A DNA stretch of 64,000 bases from Oligoflexus sp. (GCA_041736305.1 JBGSTX010000229.1:1-64000); one strand, 5' to 3'; counted from the stretch's first letter, positions 37,830 through 48,131 are shown. Made by a program: numbers and translations. Notes: generated from the sequence alone by a model not told the origin.

Positions 37830-39484
37830 CTAGACGAGGCTCGCTTGACCAAGCCCTCGGTAAGGAGTCGTTGCGTAAGAGTTTTCGCAGAAGCGACTGC
37901 TCCATTCATATATCCACCATAATCGACGCTGGCGTATTCGCCGATAAAGTGCAGCTTATCGTTTAATTCTGATTCCTCTGCTGCACCTATCAGTTCCGTG
38001 TATTGACCTGGCTTTGGGCAGACGTAGCTACCCTGTGCCCAGGGTGAACTCGGCCAGTGCTGAAGCAATTTTTTTCCATCAAATTTTGCGCCGATCTGCG
38101 GCATCATCTTTTCGAGATCACTGAGCACTCCTGCAAGCTTGCCGGCACCTATTTCGCTGCCGCGACGACCACCGAGGAAGTTGGTGAGGATGCCAGACTT
38201 TCCAGCTTGAACTCGACTGCTATCCCAGAAAGCTTGGCTGTCGAGATCAGTAAAGATCGAACCGCTATTGGCTGGAAAAGCCTTGCTGCCCAGCTGCCAA
38301 TGCCTCTCGCTAAAGCCCAGCATCAACTTGCTATTACTTCCAAAGCCGAGTTCACTGATCAGACGCTTTTTCACGGGTGAGAGATCGAGGTTCTTCAACC
38401 CATCGATGCCCTTTAGGATGGGCAGCGGGAGGGCTAATATGTTCCGCTCGCTCGCGAACTCCACCGTTTTCCCCGCGACTTCGAAACTAAGGCGGAGTCC
38501 TCCAGCGGCAGCTTTCACAGCGACGAGCTTATACTGATAATTTACTTCCACTCCGTAGTCCCGAAGCTTTTTTTCGAGGGCTTGGGTGAGACGCGAGCTG
38601 CCGCCTTTGATCCGGAAGGCCTCGTCGCTCTCACCATAGAGGCTCACACCATCCTTCGTCTCGGGATCGATTAAGATAAGCAGATTGAGAGCAGACTGTT
38701 CTTCGGCCTCCAGGCCGTATTCGCCGACATAGGCTGTTCGAATGAGATCGAGAACCCAAGTATCGACCTCCTGCTTGCATCCATCGAGATAAGCGGCGAG
38801 GGAGGTTTTGTCGAGATTCTTGACGGCCAGTCCGCCTGGTTCCCGGTAGGTCGGGACCACAACTTCGCCCTTGACGCGAAGCATTTCGATCGATTTTTCC
38901 AGGTAGGCAGCCAGGGGTTCAAATGCTTTGATGAGTTCTTTTTCGCTGCGGAAGCGACCGCCGAAGAAGTAGGACTCCGTAGCCAATAGTGAACTCCGTG
39001 CGTTCAGAGCTTCGACGGGAACGTTGAGATCATGGGCTAGAATCAGCAGCTCTTCATGCCCTGTATCGACGAATTCTCCACCTCTTTCGCAGAACATCTG
39101 CTCATTGTTAAAATTGAACTCCGTAAAAACCCGGCCTCCGGATCTCTCAGAACCTTCAAAGATCTGTACCCGCACACCGGCCTTGCTTAATTCATAGGCA
39201 GCGGTGAGTCCGGCCAGTCCTGCGCCGATGATAGTAAGGGAGGGAGGACCAGAGAGGGCCTTGACCGTTTCCGATTCGCCATTTTTGGCGCTCATTTGAG
39301 TGACACAGGCGGGAAGCGCGGCCCAGCTTAGCAGGAGTCCACTGCGTTCGAAGATTTCGCGGCGGTTGAAGCTGTTCTGGAAGATTTTCTCCTGCTGCTT
39401 TTCCCAGGCAGCAGGATGATGAAATTCAGCACGAGACATGCGGAGCCATAGTCTGATTTTGCGAAAAAGGGCTGACCTCGCCAT
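37826..39484 (-). CDS. flavin monoamine oxidase family protein
   Basis: Motifs IIGAGLAGLTAAY, GGRV, ERGGEFVD, IKGGS and GEY...GYMNGAV. Confidence 0.9.
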   Translation of the reverse strand: MARSALFRKIRLWLRMSRAEFHHPAAWEKQQEKIFQNSFNRREIFERSGLLLSWAALPACVTQMSAKNGESETVKALSGPPSLTIIGAGLAGLTAAYELSKAGVRVQIFEGSERSGGRVFTEFNFNNEQMFCERGGEFVDTGHEELLILAHDLNVPVEALNARSSLLATESYFFGGRFRSEKELIKAFEPLAAYLEKSIEMLRVKGEVVVPTYREPGGLAVKNLDKTSLAAYLDGCKQEVDTWVLDLIRTAYVGEYGLEAEEQSALNLLILIDPETKDGVSLYGESDEAFRIKGGSSRLTQALEKKLRDYGVEVNYQYKLVAVKAAAGGLRLSFEVAGKTVEFASERNILALPLPILKGIDGLKNLDLSPVKKRLISELGFGSNSKLMLGFSERHWQLGSKAFPANSGSIFTDLDSQAFWDSSRVQAGKSGILTNFLGGRRGSEIGAGKLAGVLSDLEKMMPQIGAKFDGKKLLQHWPSSPWAQGSYVCPKPGQYTELIGAAEESELNDKLHFIGEYASVDYGGYMNGAVASAKTLTQRLLTEGLVKRASSS

Positions 39485-39702
39485 ATAGTCCTCTTTAAGT
39501 TTAAGAGAACTATCGCCTTTTTGTGGATTTTGACAAGCGCTATTCTAAGATCGCTCGCGTACCTTTTTCGCCAAGCGACCGCGGGAGCCTACCACTTTAT
39601 CTTAAGCCAACTCGATAACATTTAATTCGATTCAACTCGGCCCCGGCGGAGGAAAAAAAGAAGGCTCTAAGCAGCTAAATTTCTTTACAAAAAGTTCTGA
39701 GA

Positions 39703-39730
39703 TAAAGGTTTGCTTGCAGGAATCCGAAAA
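39703..39730 (+). promoter_or_regulatory. sigma28/FliA-like promoter
   Basis: TAAAG-N15-TCCGAAAA, 57 nt upstream of the TTG start. Confidence 0.5.
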
Positions 39731-39787
39731 GTATTTATCACTTTTGGCCAGCCTTCTTTAATACAGGTTTTGGCCTCAGGAGGTTCC

Positions 39788-42532
39788 TTGCTAGCCCAAC
39801 ATCGCAGTGCTTTCTTCCTTATATTTTTCGGCGCCACTCTGTTCGAGGCATGTTCTAAAGAATCGCAGATGGTGAATTTGCGCAACAGACAGGAAAATGT
39901 GGATTTCAATGAAGACGCCGTCGGCCTGCCTGGCCAACGTGATGAGGAGCAAGAGCCACTGCGTGAGGCTCCGAAATCAACTTATGCACCGATACTCAGT
40001 GCCCGTGCCGAAGGCGCTAATCAAGTTGCCCTCGAATGGACCAGCGCTCCAGAAGCAGCTAACACTGATCCGGCGACAGCTTATCGTCTTTTTCGTGATG
40101 ACGTGATGCTAGTGACTTTGGAAGCTGGAAATAACACCTACGAGGATAGCAATCTCGGTGAGATGAAGAGCTATTCCTACGAAATAAGCGCTCTCTATGC
40201 AGGCGGTCACGAGTCGTCTCGCTCGGCGCCGGTCAAGGTCAGCACCTTTTCCCAATCGGGCAGCGACCTTTATGAGGCTTACTGCAGCGAGTGTCATGGC
40301 AATATCAATTCCAGCAGTAAAAAAGGCTCTACCAAAGAGCGCATCACAGTAGCGATCAGCTCGGTGGCGGCCATGCAGGGCCTTGCCGACCTTAGTTCTG
40401 CCGATATCGTGGCTATCGTCCAGGCTCTCTCCTCGAGCCCAAAAGACACGACCAAACCAGCTGCTCCTAGCGGACTCAACGCGAGCTTTATCGGCCCTAT
40501 GGGGGTGGTTCTAAACTGGACGCCGGCTACGGATAATCCAGGTGGAAGCGGAATTGACCGGTACCAGCTTTACCGTAACGGCAACTTTCTTCGCGATCTC
40601 GCCGCCGATGTCAATTCATTGAGTGAAAGCGGTTTGACCCCTGCTACCGCGTATGTTTACGAACTGTCCGTCATCGATAATGCTGGCAATGTTTCGGCGA
40701 AGTCCGCCCCTTTCAATGTGCGTACCCTAGCGGCGATGGCTACTGCCGACAAGACGCCTCCTACTACTCCCAGCCAGCTTACAGCGACCGCTACTTCAGC
40801 AAATTCTGTCAAAATAACTTGGCAGGCAGCCAGCGACGAGACTGGTGGCAGTGGGCTTTCGGCCTATCGGATCTACCGGGACGGGGGTCTTCTGAAAAGC
40901 GTTGGCGGTTCTACGATCGAGATTAACGACTCGGGCCTGATGAGTGGCACAACGTATTCATATACGGTGCAAGCAGAGGACTTCGCGGGCAATCGCTCAA
41001 GCCTCAGTAGCCCGGTTACGGTCAGCACCTTGACTCTCAATGGATCCCAGCTCTACGCTGTTCACTGCCAGGGTTGTCACAACTTACCCGCCGATGCCCG
41101 AGCAGCTAATAAAACTGCCGCGCAGATCCAAGCAGCTATAGACACAAGGCCCGTGATGCAGTCGCTGAAAGCCTTGGCTCCTGACGTGGTGGCTGCCATC
41201 GCCATGTATCTGAGCCCTGCTCCCGACCAAATGCCGCCGACAGTTCCAGCAAATTTGAGCGCGAGTGCTATCAGTGCTTTCGGACTGACGCTGAACTGGT
41301 CGGCAGCGACTGATGCCGGTGGCTCAGGGTTAGCCGGTTACACGGTTTTCCGTGGCGAGTCAAAAATTGCTGATGTGACAGGCATAAGCTATCGCGAAGA
41401 GAGTCTCACACCTGCCACAGCCTATGTGTACAAGGTAAGAGCCCGCGATGCAGCAGGTAATGTTTCAGGCTTCAGTACGACCATCACAGTCAATACTTTA
41501 GCCGGTAGCCAGGATACCACTCCCCCCAGCACTCCAGCTGGACTGCTAGCCATTCCTTCAGGCCTCTCGGTGCGTTTGAGCTGGCAAGCTGCCACAGACG
41601 CGGGAACTTCCGGCATGGCTGCCTATATCATCTACCGAGGCGATGTGAAGTTAAAAGAAGTTCCTAGCAGCAGCCTGAATTATACGGACGGCGACGTGAG
41701 AGCGACGACGACCTATGCCTATCGCGTCTCCGCGCGGGATGCAGCCGGCAATGAGTCGAGCCGCAGCACAGCGGTATCTGCCACGACCCCGACTTCAAAC
41801 GGTGAAGAGCTCTATACCAACAACTGTGCTCGCTGTCACAATCCGCTAATTGAATCTACCAAGAAGAACCGCAGCGCCACCACGATTCGCAATGCGATCG
41901 CGTCCCTGGATGCTATGAAGTTCTTGAGCTTCCTCACAGCTGAGCAGATTGAGATGATTGCAGTGGCTCTCAAACCGGCTCAGCCCGATCCGCAGAATAT
42001 GGTCGATCACTTTCGCTACAACGTTCCACTTGGTACCCGCAGTTATGTGGCCACAAAGCTTACGCGCCTCTTTAATGGGCCACCAGTCCCTGAGGTAGTG
42101 GCTATCATTCAAAAGAATACGACTTCGCAAGTTCCACTCTTCGGGGGGCCTTGCAATATTTGGGATGGAATTTGCCCCGGAGGCAATCTCCAGATAGCCC
42201 TGAACAGCATGGCGAACATGTCGCCACAAGCGAGTACACCACGTTCTGGCTACCTCGTTCGCGCCTGTGAAGAGCTGGTAGCTCAAGATGCTGCTGTGAG
42301 AAACCTGCTTGCGAAGTTGCGCTTCAACGAGGCGACGATTCTACAAGCAAACGAAGCGAGTCTGAGGGCCACCTACGGAGCTTTTTTTCCTGGTCAAGTT
42401 CCGAACGCTGCGACCCTTAGCTCGATGAACAGCCTTTTCGAAGGAGCCAAGAGCATCAGCAACCTACCTCTCGACGGTTGGCGAATGGTCTTCTATAGCC
42501 TTTGTGAAGCGCCTGGCTTCGATGCATTGTGA
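39788..42532 (+). CDS. lipoprotein with five FN3 domains interleaved with three cytochrome c domains
   Basis: AGGAGG RBS with TTG start; lipobox FEAC; heme motifs CSECH, CQGCH and CARCH; FN3 modules of the DTTPP..P..L...W..ATD...Y...D.AGN.S type. Confidence 0.88.
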   Translation: MLAQHRSAFFLIFFGATLFEACSKESQMVNLRNRQENVDFNEDAVGLPGQRDEEQEPLREAPKSTYAPILSARAEGANQVALEWTSAPEAANTDPATAYRLFRDDVMLVTLEAGNNTYEDSNLGEMKSYSYEISALYAGGHESSRSAPVKVSTFSQSGSDLYEAYCSECHGNINSSSKKGSTKERITVAISSVAAMQGLADLSSADIVAIVQALSSSPKDTTKPAAPSGLNASFIGPMGVVLNWTPATDNPGGSGIDRYQLYRNGNFLRDLAADVNSLSESGLTPATAYVYELSVIDNAGNVSAKSAPFNVRTLAAMATADKTPPTTPSQLTATATSANSVKITWQAASDETGGSGLSAYRIYRDGGLLKSVGGSTIEINDSGLMSGTTYSYTVQAEDFAGNRSSLSSPVTVSTLTLNGSQLYAVHCQGCHNLPADARAANKTAAQIQAAIDTRPVMQSLKALAPDVVAAIAMYLSPAPDQMPPTVPANLSASAISAFGLTLNWSAATDAGGSGLAGYTVFRGESKIADVTGISYREESLTPATAYVYKVRARDAAGNVSGFSTTITVNTLAGSQDTTPPSTPAGLLAIPSGLSVRLSWQAATDAGTSGMAAYIIYRGDVKLKEVPSSSLNYTDGDVRATTTYAYRVSARDAAGNESSRSTAVSATTPTSNGEELYTNNCARCHNPLIESTKKNRSATTIRNAIASLDAMKFLSFLTAEQIEMIAVALKPAQPDPQNMVDHFRYNVPLGTRSYVATKLTRLFNGPPVPEVVAIIQKNTTSQVPLFGGPCNIWDGICPGGNLQIALNSMANMSPQASTPRSGYLVRACEELVAQDAAVRNLLAKLRFNEATILQANEASLRATYGAFFPGQVPNAATLSSMNSLFEGAKSISNLPLDGWRMVFYSLCEAPGFDAL

Positions 42533-42598
42533 ACCAAGGTAATGGTAATCAGACGCTCAAATTCGCAAGTTGTGGCTTCGATTAATCCAGAGGTAAGT

Positions 42599-43990
42599 AT
42601 GCAACGACTGGTTCAGTCCCTTGTTTTAAGTCTCGGATCTTTGCTGCTCACGCCTCTGGTGAAGGCAGATCCTCTTTCCGGAGTGGCTCTCTACTATCGC
42701 TGCTATGGACAGCTTACGCAGCAATTTCCTGCGGCAAACGACCCCTATCTGCCCCAAGTTCGAGACGGGAAGCTGAACCCCATCGATGCTTGCATCGATA
42801 TACTGATGAAGGCTTCTCTGCTTGAGAGCGGTAATCAGTCGCGCCTTTCTGCCGGTCTTCAGGCGAGCTCGGTCGATGCTTTCCAGACGATGCATAAAGT
42901 CCACGTGAGCTGGTTCCAGGATCGCAACTTCAGTGTGGTGCTCAATAACATCAGTCTGCGTGGTACAGAAGATATATACGACGCCGAGGCGCCCGCCTTT
43001 TATCTGACCCGTGCCCTCTTTCGTCCCGACACAGGGATCGATTCGGTCATTACCATGGCACGGACCCTGCGCGCCCTGCGGACCAACCAAACCCCCGATA
43101 AAGGGGTTTCCTCAAAAATCGTGCGCGCTGAAACTCCCTTCGGCACCAACGTGCCCTTCGCTGCCACGGGTGAGCTTCAAGGCTTTATGCTCATGCCACC
43201 GACGGCCTTCGACTACACCACCTCTCAGAGCAGCAATAAATTTGTGATCGATAAAGCCAACGGAGGTGGCATTCTGGGCGACCCGGCCTATCTGCGACTC
43301 ACGGTGAATGAAGAGCCGAACTTTAAAGCCACCGGAGCTCTAGCGGTGCCGCGCAAATGGTCTCGTGCAGTCATGAGTGATTTGATGTGCCGTGATATTC
43401 CTGCAGTTCGCACTGCGGATGCTTTGGCTTTCAGGGTTGCCAATTCCACGGCCGAATTTCGGAAGGAATCTGCCTGCATCCGCTGTCACGCTACGATCGA
43501 TAGAATGGCGGGAGTGATTCGGGGCATACGGTATGTAGATATTGGGGACCGAGAATGGCGAATCGACTTCGCGACTTTGGTGAATCCAACGATGCCGGCA
43601 GGAGTTGCTTGGCCTTCTAAGGAAGACGCAACCTACTCCGCGCAGCCTCCGAGCGGCGTACTCTACTTCCGTGATTATAAAGGGCGCCTCGTCAACCAGC
43701 CGGTCGATAATCTCGCAGGCTTAGGCGCAGCGATTGCCGCCACCGACGACTTTTACATATGCATGGCTAAACGCTATTACAGCTACTTCATGGGCGTCGA
43801 TGTCAAGCTCGCCGATCCAACAGATCCGGTCAATCCCGTCACTCTCAGCGACCTTGACAAGTACCATCTGCAGCGCGTCGTCGATCTCGGCCTGGAGCTG
43901 AAAGCTGATGTGAAAAAGAGTTCTTTCACTCTCATCAAGAAAATTTTGAGCCACCCTGACTATGGTATGGACGACTATCACTCGAAATAA
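42599..43990 (+). CDS. secreted DUF1588/DUF1585-like monoheme protein
   Basis: GAGG RBS; signal peptide; LMCRDIP, CIRCHATID and FYICMAKRYYSYFMG. Confidence 0.65.
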   Translation: MQRLVQSLVLSLGSLLLTPLVKADPLSGVALYYRCYGQLTQQFPAANDPYLPQVRDGKLNPIDACIDILMKASLLESGNQSRLSAGLQASSVDAFQTMHKVHVSWFQDRNFSVVLNNISLRGTEDIYDAEAPAFYLTRALFRPDTGIDSVITMARTLRALRTNQTPDKGVSSKIVRAETPFGTNVPFAATGELQGFMLMPPTAFDYTTSQSSNKFVIDKANGGGILGDPAYLRLTVNEEPNFKATGALAVPRKWSRAVMSDLMCRDIPAVRTADALAFRVANSTAEFRKESACIRCHATIDRMAGVIRGIRYVDIGDREWRIDFATLVNPTMPAGVAWPSKEDATYSAQPPSGVLYFRDYKGRLVNQPVDNLAGLGAAIAATDDFYICMAKRYYSYFMGVDVKLADPTDPVNPVTLSDLDKYHLQRVVDLGLELKADVKKSSFTLIKKILSHPDYGMDDYHSK

Positions 43991-44025
43991 TAAACCGTGG
44001 GCCTGAGCCCTCCGGAGGAGTCCCT

Positions 44026-45657
44026 ATGAGCGTAAATCTTAGCCGCCGCACGATGTTGGAAAGCCTGCTAGGCGCTTCGCCTGCCGCGCTCCTGCGCTCC
44101 CCAGCGGCGCTCTTGCTCCAATCGCTGCTCACCACTGTGATCGCCGAAGAAGCCTGGGGGCAGGGGGTCGTACGGCGGAGTCTGCTTGATATTCGCAACG
44201 ATGGTGCACCTCCGCGCTGGATGTTTGATCTTTTCCTTACGCCTTACTCCGATGCTAGCAACTTCCAAAAGAATGCCCATCTCGGCACACGCTTCATCGG
44301 TAGCGGCGCTAACTTTGATGAAGTGGCATATCAAACCCGTCTCTTTTCCGGTATCAATGTCCCCTGGATGTGGCAGTTCGATGTTCCTAAGAGCGATGGA
44401 ACTATGCGGCCGATGCGGGATCTTTTGCCCAATCTCATGCATATCCGTGGAATAGATAGCAACTCGGCAGCACATGCGGGAGCGAGCCAGAACTATTACC
44501 TTCCTCTCGGTACGGTACAGAGCGTTCCTGCGCTGAGCGCAGATGCTTCCAATCTGCCGCTTGCTTCGATCAATGCGTTTACTCAGAACTTCATTTTTCG
44601 CTCACTGCGAAACAAAACGTCGAGCACGCTGGTCGGCCAGAACCTTATCCGCGAACTTCTCACTCCTTTTCTAAGCGAGAGCGGTCCTAATTTTTCAAGT
44701 CTGAAGAAGAATCTAAACAGCTACCTAACGGACGTGCGCGATGATCTGCGAGCTTCTGCGGAAGACAAGCAGATAAGCCATCTTTTGAGTGCGGAAAGCC
44801 TGAAGAGTGCTCGTGAACTGATCCTGCAGGGCTTCGGCTCGGTCGATGCGGTCTGGGCTGGTCTGCTCAACAAATATGCTTCGCTAGTCTCGAGATCCTT
44901 CGATATGAGCTACGAGATGGCAGGTATCAACAATCGACCGATTGGAATCAGTCCAGCTAGCCGTGATAGGACCTACCAGGTTAATGGAACGATCATACAA
45001 AACCCCGATATGCGGACGATGATCACCACGACATGCTCGGTTGAAAATCTCGCCGCAAGTTTTGCCCTGGCTGAGTATGTCCTCTCGCAAAATCTGAGCT
45101 TCTCCTTGACGCTCGGCTTAGGAAGAGTGACCGGCCTCACTCACATCGCCGGCACTACTACGACTAGAATCGCTGCTCCCGTGGACGAGCACACGGTGGG
45201 GGCTATGCCCTCACTCTTGATCAATACCTATCGCTCGCGTGCTATAGCAGCCTGCTTGCTTGAGTTGACCGATCAGCTGAGGGCCAAGAGCATTTTCAAT
45301 CGCACCCTCATCAGTATCGGCAGCGAGTTCAACCGCTCGCCACGAGCCGATGGGCAAGGAAGCGATCACGGTTATCAAGGCGCTAGCGTCGCCCTCTATT
45401 CGGGTTCTATCAAATCAAGCCAGGTCGTCGGCAATGTCCTGGCAAACGCCCCCAACGTCGCGCACCCTGGCAGCTGGGGCTGGGGCGCCGCGAATCCCGA
45501 GCTCGGAGGTGGCCAAATCCTCGACTACGGTTATCTAGCGAGCTCCATGGCCTCGCTGCTCGGCGTGCCTTCTACGATTACTTCCCGATCGCCATTCGTG
45601 TCCGAAAGCAGCACAGAAGGTATTGTCAGCGCTATTGGCAAGGGTAAAGAGGTCTGA
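44026..45657 (+). CDS. Tat-exported DUF1501-like protein
   Basis: GGAGGAG RBS; LSRRTML twin-arginine; DGAPPRWMFD and SEFNRSP...GSDHG. Confidence 0.7.
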   Translation: MSVNLSRRTMLESLLGASPAALLRSPAALLLQSLLTTVIAEEAWGQGVVRRSLLDIRNDGAPPRWMFDLFLTPYSDASNFQKNAHLGTRFIGSGANFDEVAYQTRLFSGINVPWMWQFDVPKSDGTMRPMRDLLPNLMHIRGIDSNSAAHAGASQNYYLPLGTVQSVPALSADASNLPLASINAFTQNFIFRSLRNKTSSTLVGQNLIRELLTPFLSESGPNFSSLKKNLNSYLTDVRDDLRASAEDKQISHLLSAESLKSARELILQGFGSVDAVWAGLLNKYASLVSRSFDMSYEMAGINNRPIGISPASRDRTYQVNGTIIQNPDMRTMITTTCSVENLAASFALAEYVLSQNLSFSLTLGLGRVTGLTHIAGTTTTRIAAPVDEHTVGAMPSLLINTYRSRAIAACLLELTDQLRAKSIFNRTLISIGSEFNRSPRADGQGSDHGYQGASVALYSGSIKSSQVVGNVLANAPNVAHPGSWGWGAANPELGGGQILDYGYLASSMASLLGVPSTITSRSPFVSESSTEGIVSAIGKGKEV

Positions 45658-45703
45658 GGGGCGGGCTCGAGGGAGCCCTCAGCTCAGTATTGGTGGTAGT
45701 ACT

Positions 45704-47707
45704 TTAGTCGAGAATCTCTAGATTCTCGAGTCCAGAGGGGTCAAGGTAGATACCGAAGCGGGCTTCGATAAATGCCTTTTGGCCGTCTTCAGTCTCGATC
45801 TCTATAACGTCTGGAGTGAAAATCCTGACATGATCAAAGCCAGGTTCGCGCTCAGCAAGCTGTGGGTCTTTACGGATAAGGGCAACGAATTCCGAGCCTT
45901 TCTTCAATTTTCTGGGTTTCATATATTCATATGGCTCTTTAGTCATGATATCCGCCTTAAGTCTATAACGTCGACTAGCATCTTTACCGAATAGCGAGCT
46001 AAGCGCATTGCTCCTAGATTGACAAAGCTTCATTGTGCAATGAGAAAGTGCACTGATCTGAGATCCACTCTCCACGTGCGAAATCATGTGCAGCGAGGTA
46101 ATGCATTGCCTAAGTTCTTCCGTAGGGCAAGAAGCAGCAGGAGATTCCCCATTATTGAAAAATCTGTTTGCCAAACTGGCAACTAGTGCAGATTCGTTTG
46201 CAGCCCTTTGGCTAACCTGTGGCCTCGCACCCCGGTATCCGAAATTGATGAAAGTAGTCGGACGCCGCCCACTCCCACTTTTAGCTTTGGTCATAGGTTC
46301 TACGATATTGGTGAGTGAACGCTCAGGACGGAACGAATCGCCAGCATAAAACCTCTGAAAAGGGTCATTCTTAAAGTCAATAAAGTCTCGGGACTTGTAT
46401 TGCGAGTCGGCGATCAGCAACTCCGGTTTTTCATCAAGCGTGACGTTAAAGGTTTTTCCGCTTGTGACTGAGGCAATAGCGTGGCACGACACACAGTCAG
46501 TAGAAAAGAAATCGACTAGGAGTGGATTTTCCAGCTTATTTGCGAGCGAATAGAACTCATTCTGCTTAGCGTCATCATAAGATTTTCCAAACATCGCGCT
46601 GGCAATCAACTCATCGTTCAAAAACACGTTCGCTTTGCTAGTCTGAACACTAGGCGATACAAACTGAGGTCGAGGTAGACCTTCCCCACGCCTACTTTGT
46701 GGGTCGGGCAGCTCGAGGAAGCTTATTTGCTGAAACAAGCCGTTTCCGAAAGGTGCAATCACGTTGCCTTTAGTTCCGCGTGGAAGCTTGCTGGAATCGT
46801 TTTCATGGACGGCATCGATGAACTTGTGGACAAATTTTCCTTCCTTGATAGTTCCGTTCATGAAAACCCAAGGATCGTCGCCGCTTTGCGTCGCCATCAT
46901 TGCGACTCCGTCAAGCCTCCTTGCGTAGCTTTTAATAAGCATATAGAGCTGCTCGAACTCTTTACCACCATATGCTCCTGAGTTCTTTGCAATTTGAAGG
47001 CAAGGATGAATGCCAAGTGGAACCGAACTTGTGACATCTTTGCAGGCATTCCGGAAAGCAAGCAGTTCGCGGTATAGGCTGCCCACCTCTGACTCAGTCA
47101 GTGTAAAAAGCATATGAATCGCATAATCACTCGCCATAACCGGGCCGTTGAACGCTTCGAGTTGTTCACGTGAGGCGTCTAGTATGGGCTGAGTTACCAG
47201 GCGGAGCTGTGGAAGACATATCTTCGGGTCGAAGGAAGTCGGCATGTTGAACTTCTTGTGCCCTTGCAAATTGTGACCTTCGGAGGGTGCACAAGGATCA
47301 AAGCGCATGGCCACGATACGCCAGTCTTGGATATTATTATAAGGACCAAAGGTACGGCCTTCATTAGCCTCACGTTGAGCGCCATCAAAACGCGCCCCGC
47401 TATTTACTTCCGTGAGCTTACCCGCAACGTCGGCTTTGTACCTATGATGGCGCAGGATATCGGCGAAAAGAGCTGCGTCCATGGGAATCTTTCCATCGAC
47501 ATTTGTGAAGCCGAGGGAAAGCATTTTGCTGATCTCACTTTTTTCACTTGGCAATGGGAAAAGAATTGAAATGTCGTTTACATCCAGCCCTAAATTGCTC
47601 GTTGCCTCTTCCTTCACCGTACTTTGGTTTTTAGGTTTTATACAGCCGATCGTGAGCCATTGGGCTAGCAAAAAACCCGGTAGAATAAACAAGAGATGTC
47701 GAGACAT
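45704..47707 (-). CDS. large lipoprotein with one CxxCH motif
   Basis: GGAG RBS; lipobox TIGC; DVNDISILFPLP, RFDPC, CVSCH and NFGY. Confidence 0.75.
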   Translation of the reverse strand: MSRHLLFILPGFLLAQWLTIGCIKPKNQSTVKEEATSNLGLDVNDISILFPLPSEKSEISKMLSLGFTNVDGKIPMDAALFADILRHHRYKADVAGKLTEVNSGARFDGAQREANEGRTFGPYNNIQDWRIVAMRFDPCAPSEGHNLQGHKKFNMPTSFDPKICLPQLRLVTQPILDASREQLEAFNGPVMASDYAIHMLFTLTESEVGSLYRELLAFRNACKDVTSSVPLGIHPCLQIAKNSGAYGGKEFEQLYMLIKSYARRLDGVAMMATQSGDDPWVFMNGTIKEGKFVHKFIDAVHENDSSKLPRGTKGNVIAPFGNGLFQQISFLELPDPQSRRGEGLPRPQFVSPSVQTSKANVFLNDELIASAMFGKSYDDAKQNEFYSLANKLENPLLVDFFSTDCVSCHAIASVTSGKTFNVTLDEKPELLIADSQYKSRDFIDFKNDPFQRFYAGDSFRPERSLTNIVEPMTKAKSGSGRRPTTFINFGYRGARPQVSQRAANESALVASLANRFFNNGESPAASCPTEELRQCITSLHMISHVESGSQISALSHCTMKLCQSRSNALSSLFGKDASRRYRLKADIMTKEPYEYMKPRKLKKGSEFVALIRKDPQLAEREPGFDHVRIFTPDVIEIETEDGQKAFIEARFGIYLDPSGLENLEILD

Positions 47708-48131
47708 GAAATTTTTTCTCCCTATGATAATCAGACAACTTTTCAAGACAAACTTGTTTGCAATTTGCAAGCCGATTACCTTTGGGGACTTTCTATCCGA
47801 ATTCATTGCTCCTACTAACGGCCTAGGTGTCTTTATTTTTGACAAGCCCGCATTTTGTTACTTCCGTCGTCAGGAGACTATCTTTAAAACGAAGACGTAC
47901 CCCGGAGCGATAAGTCGGCTTTCCGTCTGCTCGATGGAGCGGTCAATCGTCGTGAATAAAGGCTACTTTGCACCTGGTGCTCGTTCTGTGCTCCGAGCCT
48001 TGGTTCGGAAGCCTTTAAAAGGCGTGTGCATAGATTCCACCAGGCAAATGCATGGCTTCCACAGATAGATTTGTCATTTTCTCGTTCCGAGCGATATGCT
48101 GCAGGCAATTCATCAACCACGGAGGCTGTCC

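Noticed and set aside
39710-39787. Upstream start for the FN3-cytochrome gene
   Set aside because: AGGAGG with TTG at 39788 gives a normal-length lipoprotein signal, and the extension overlaps the putative promoter.
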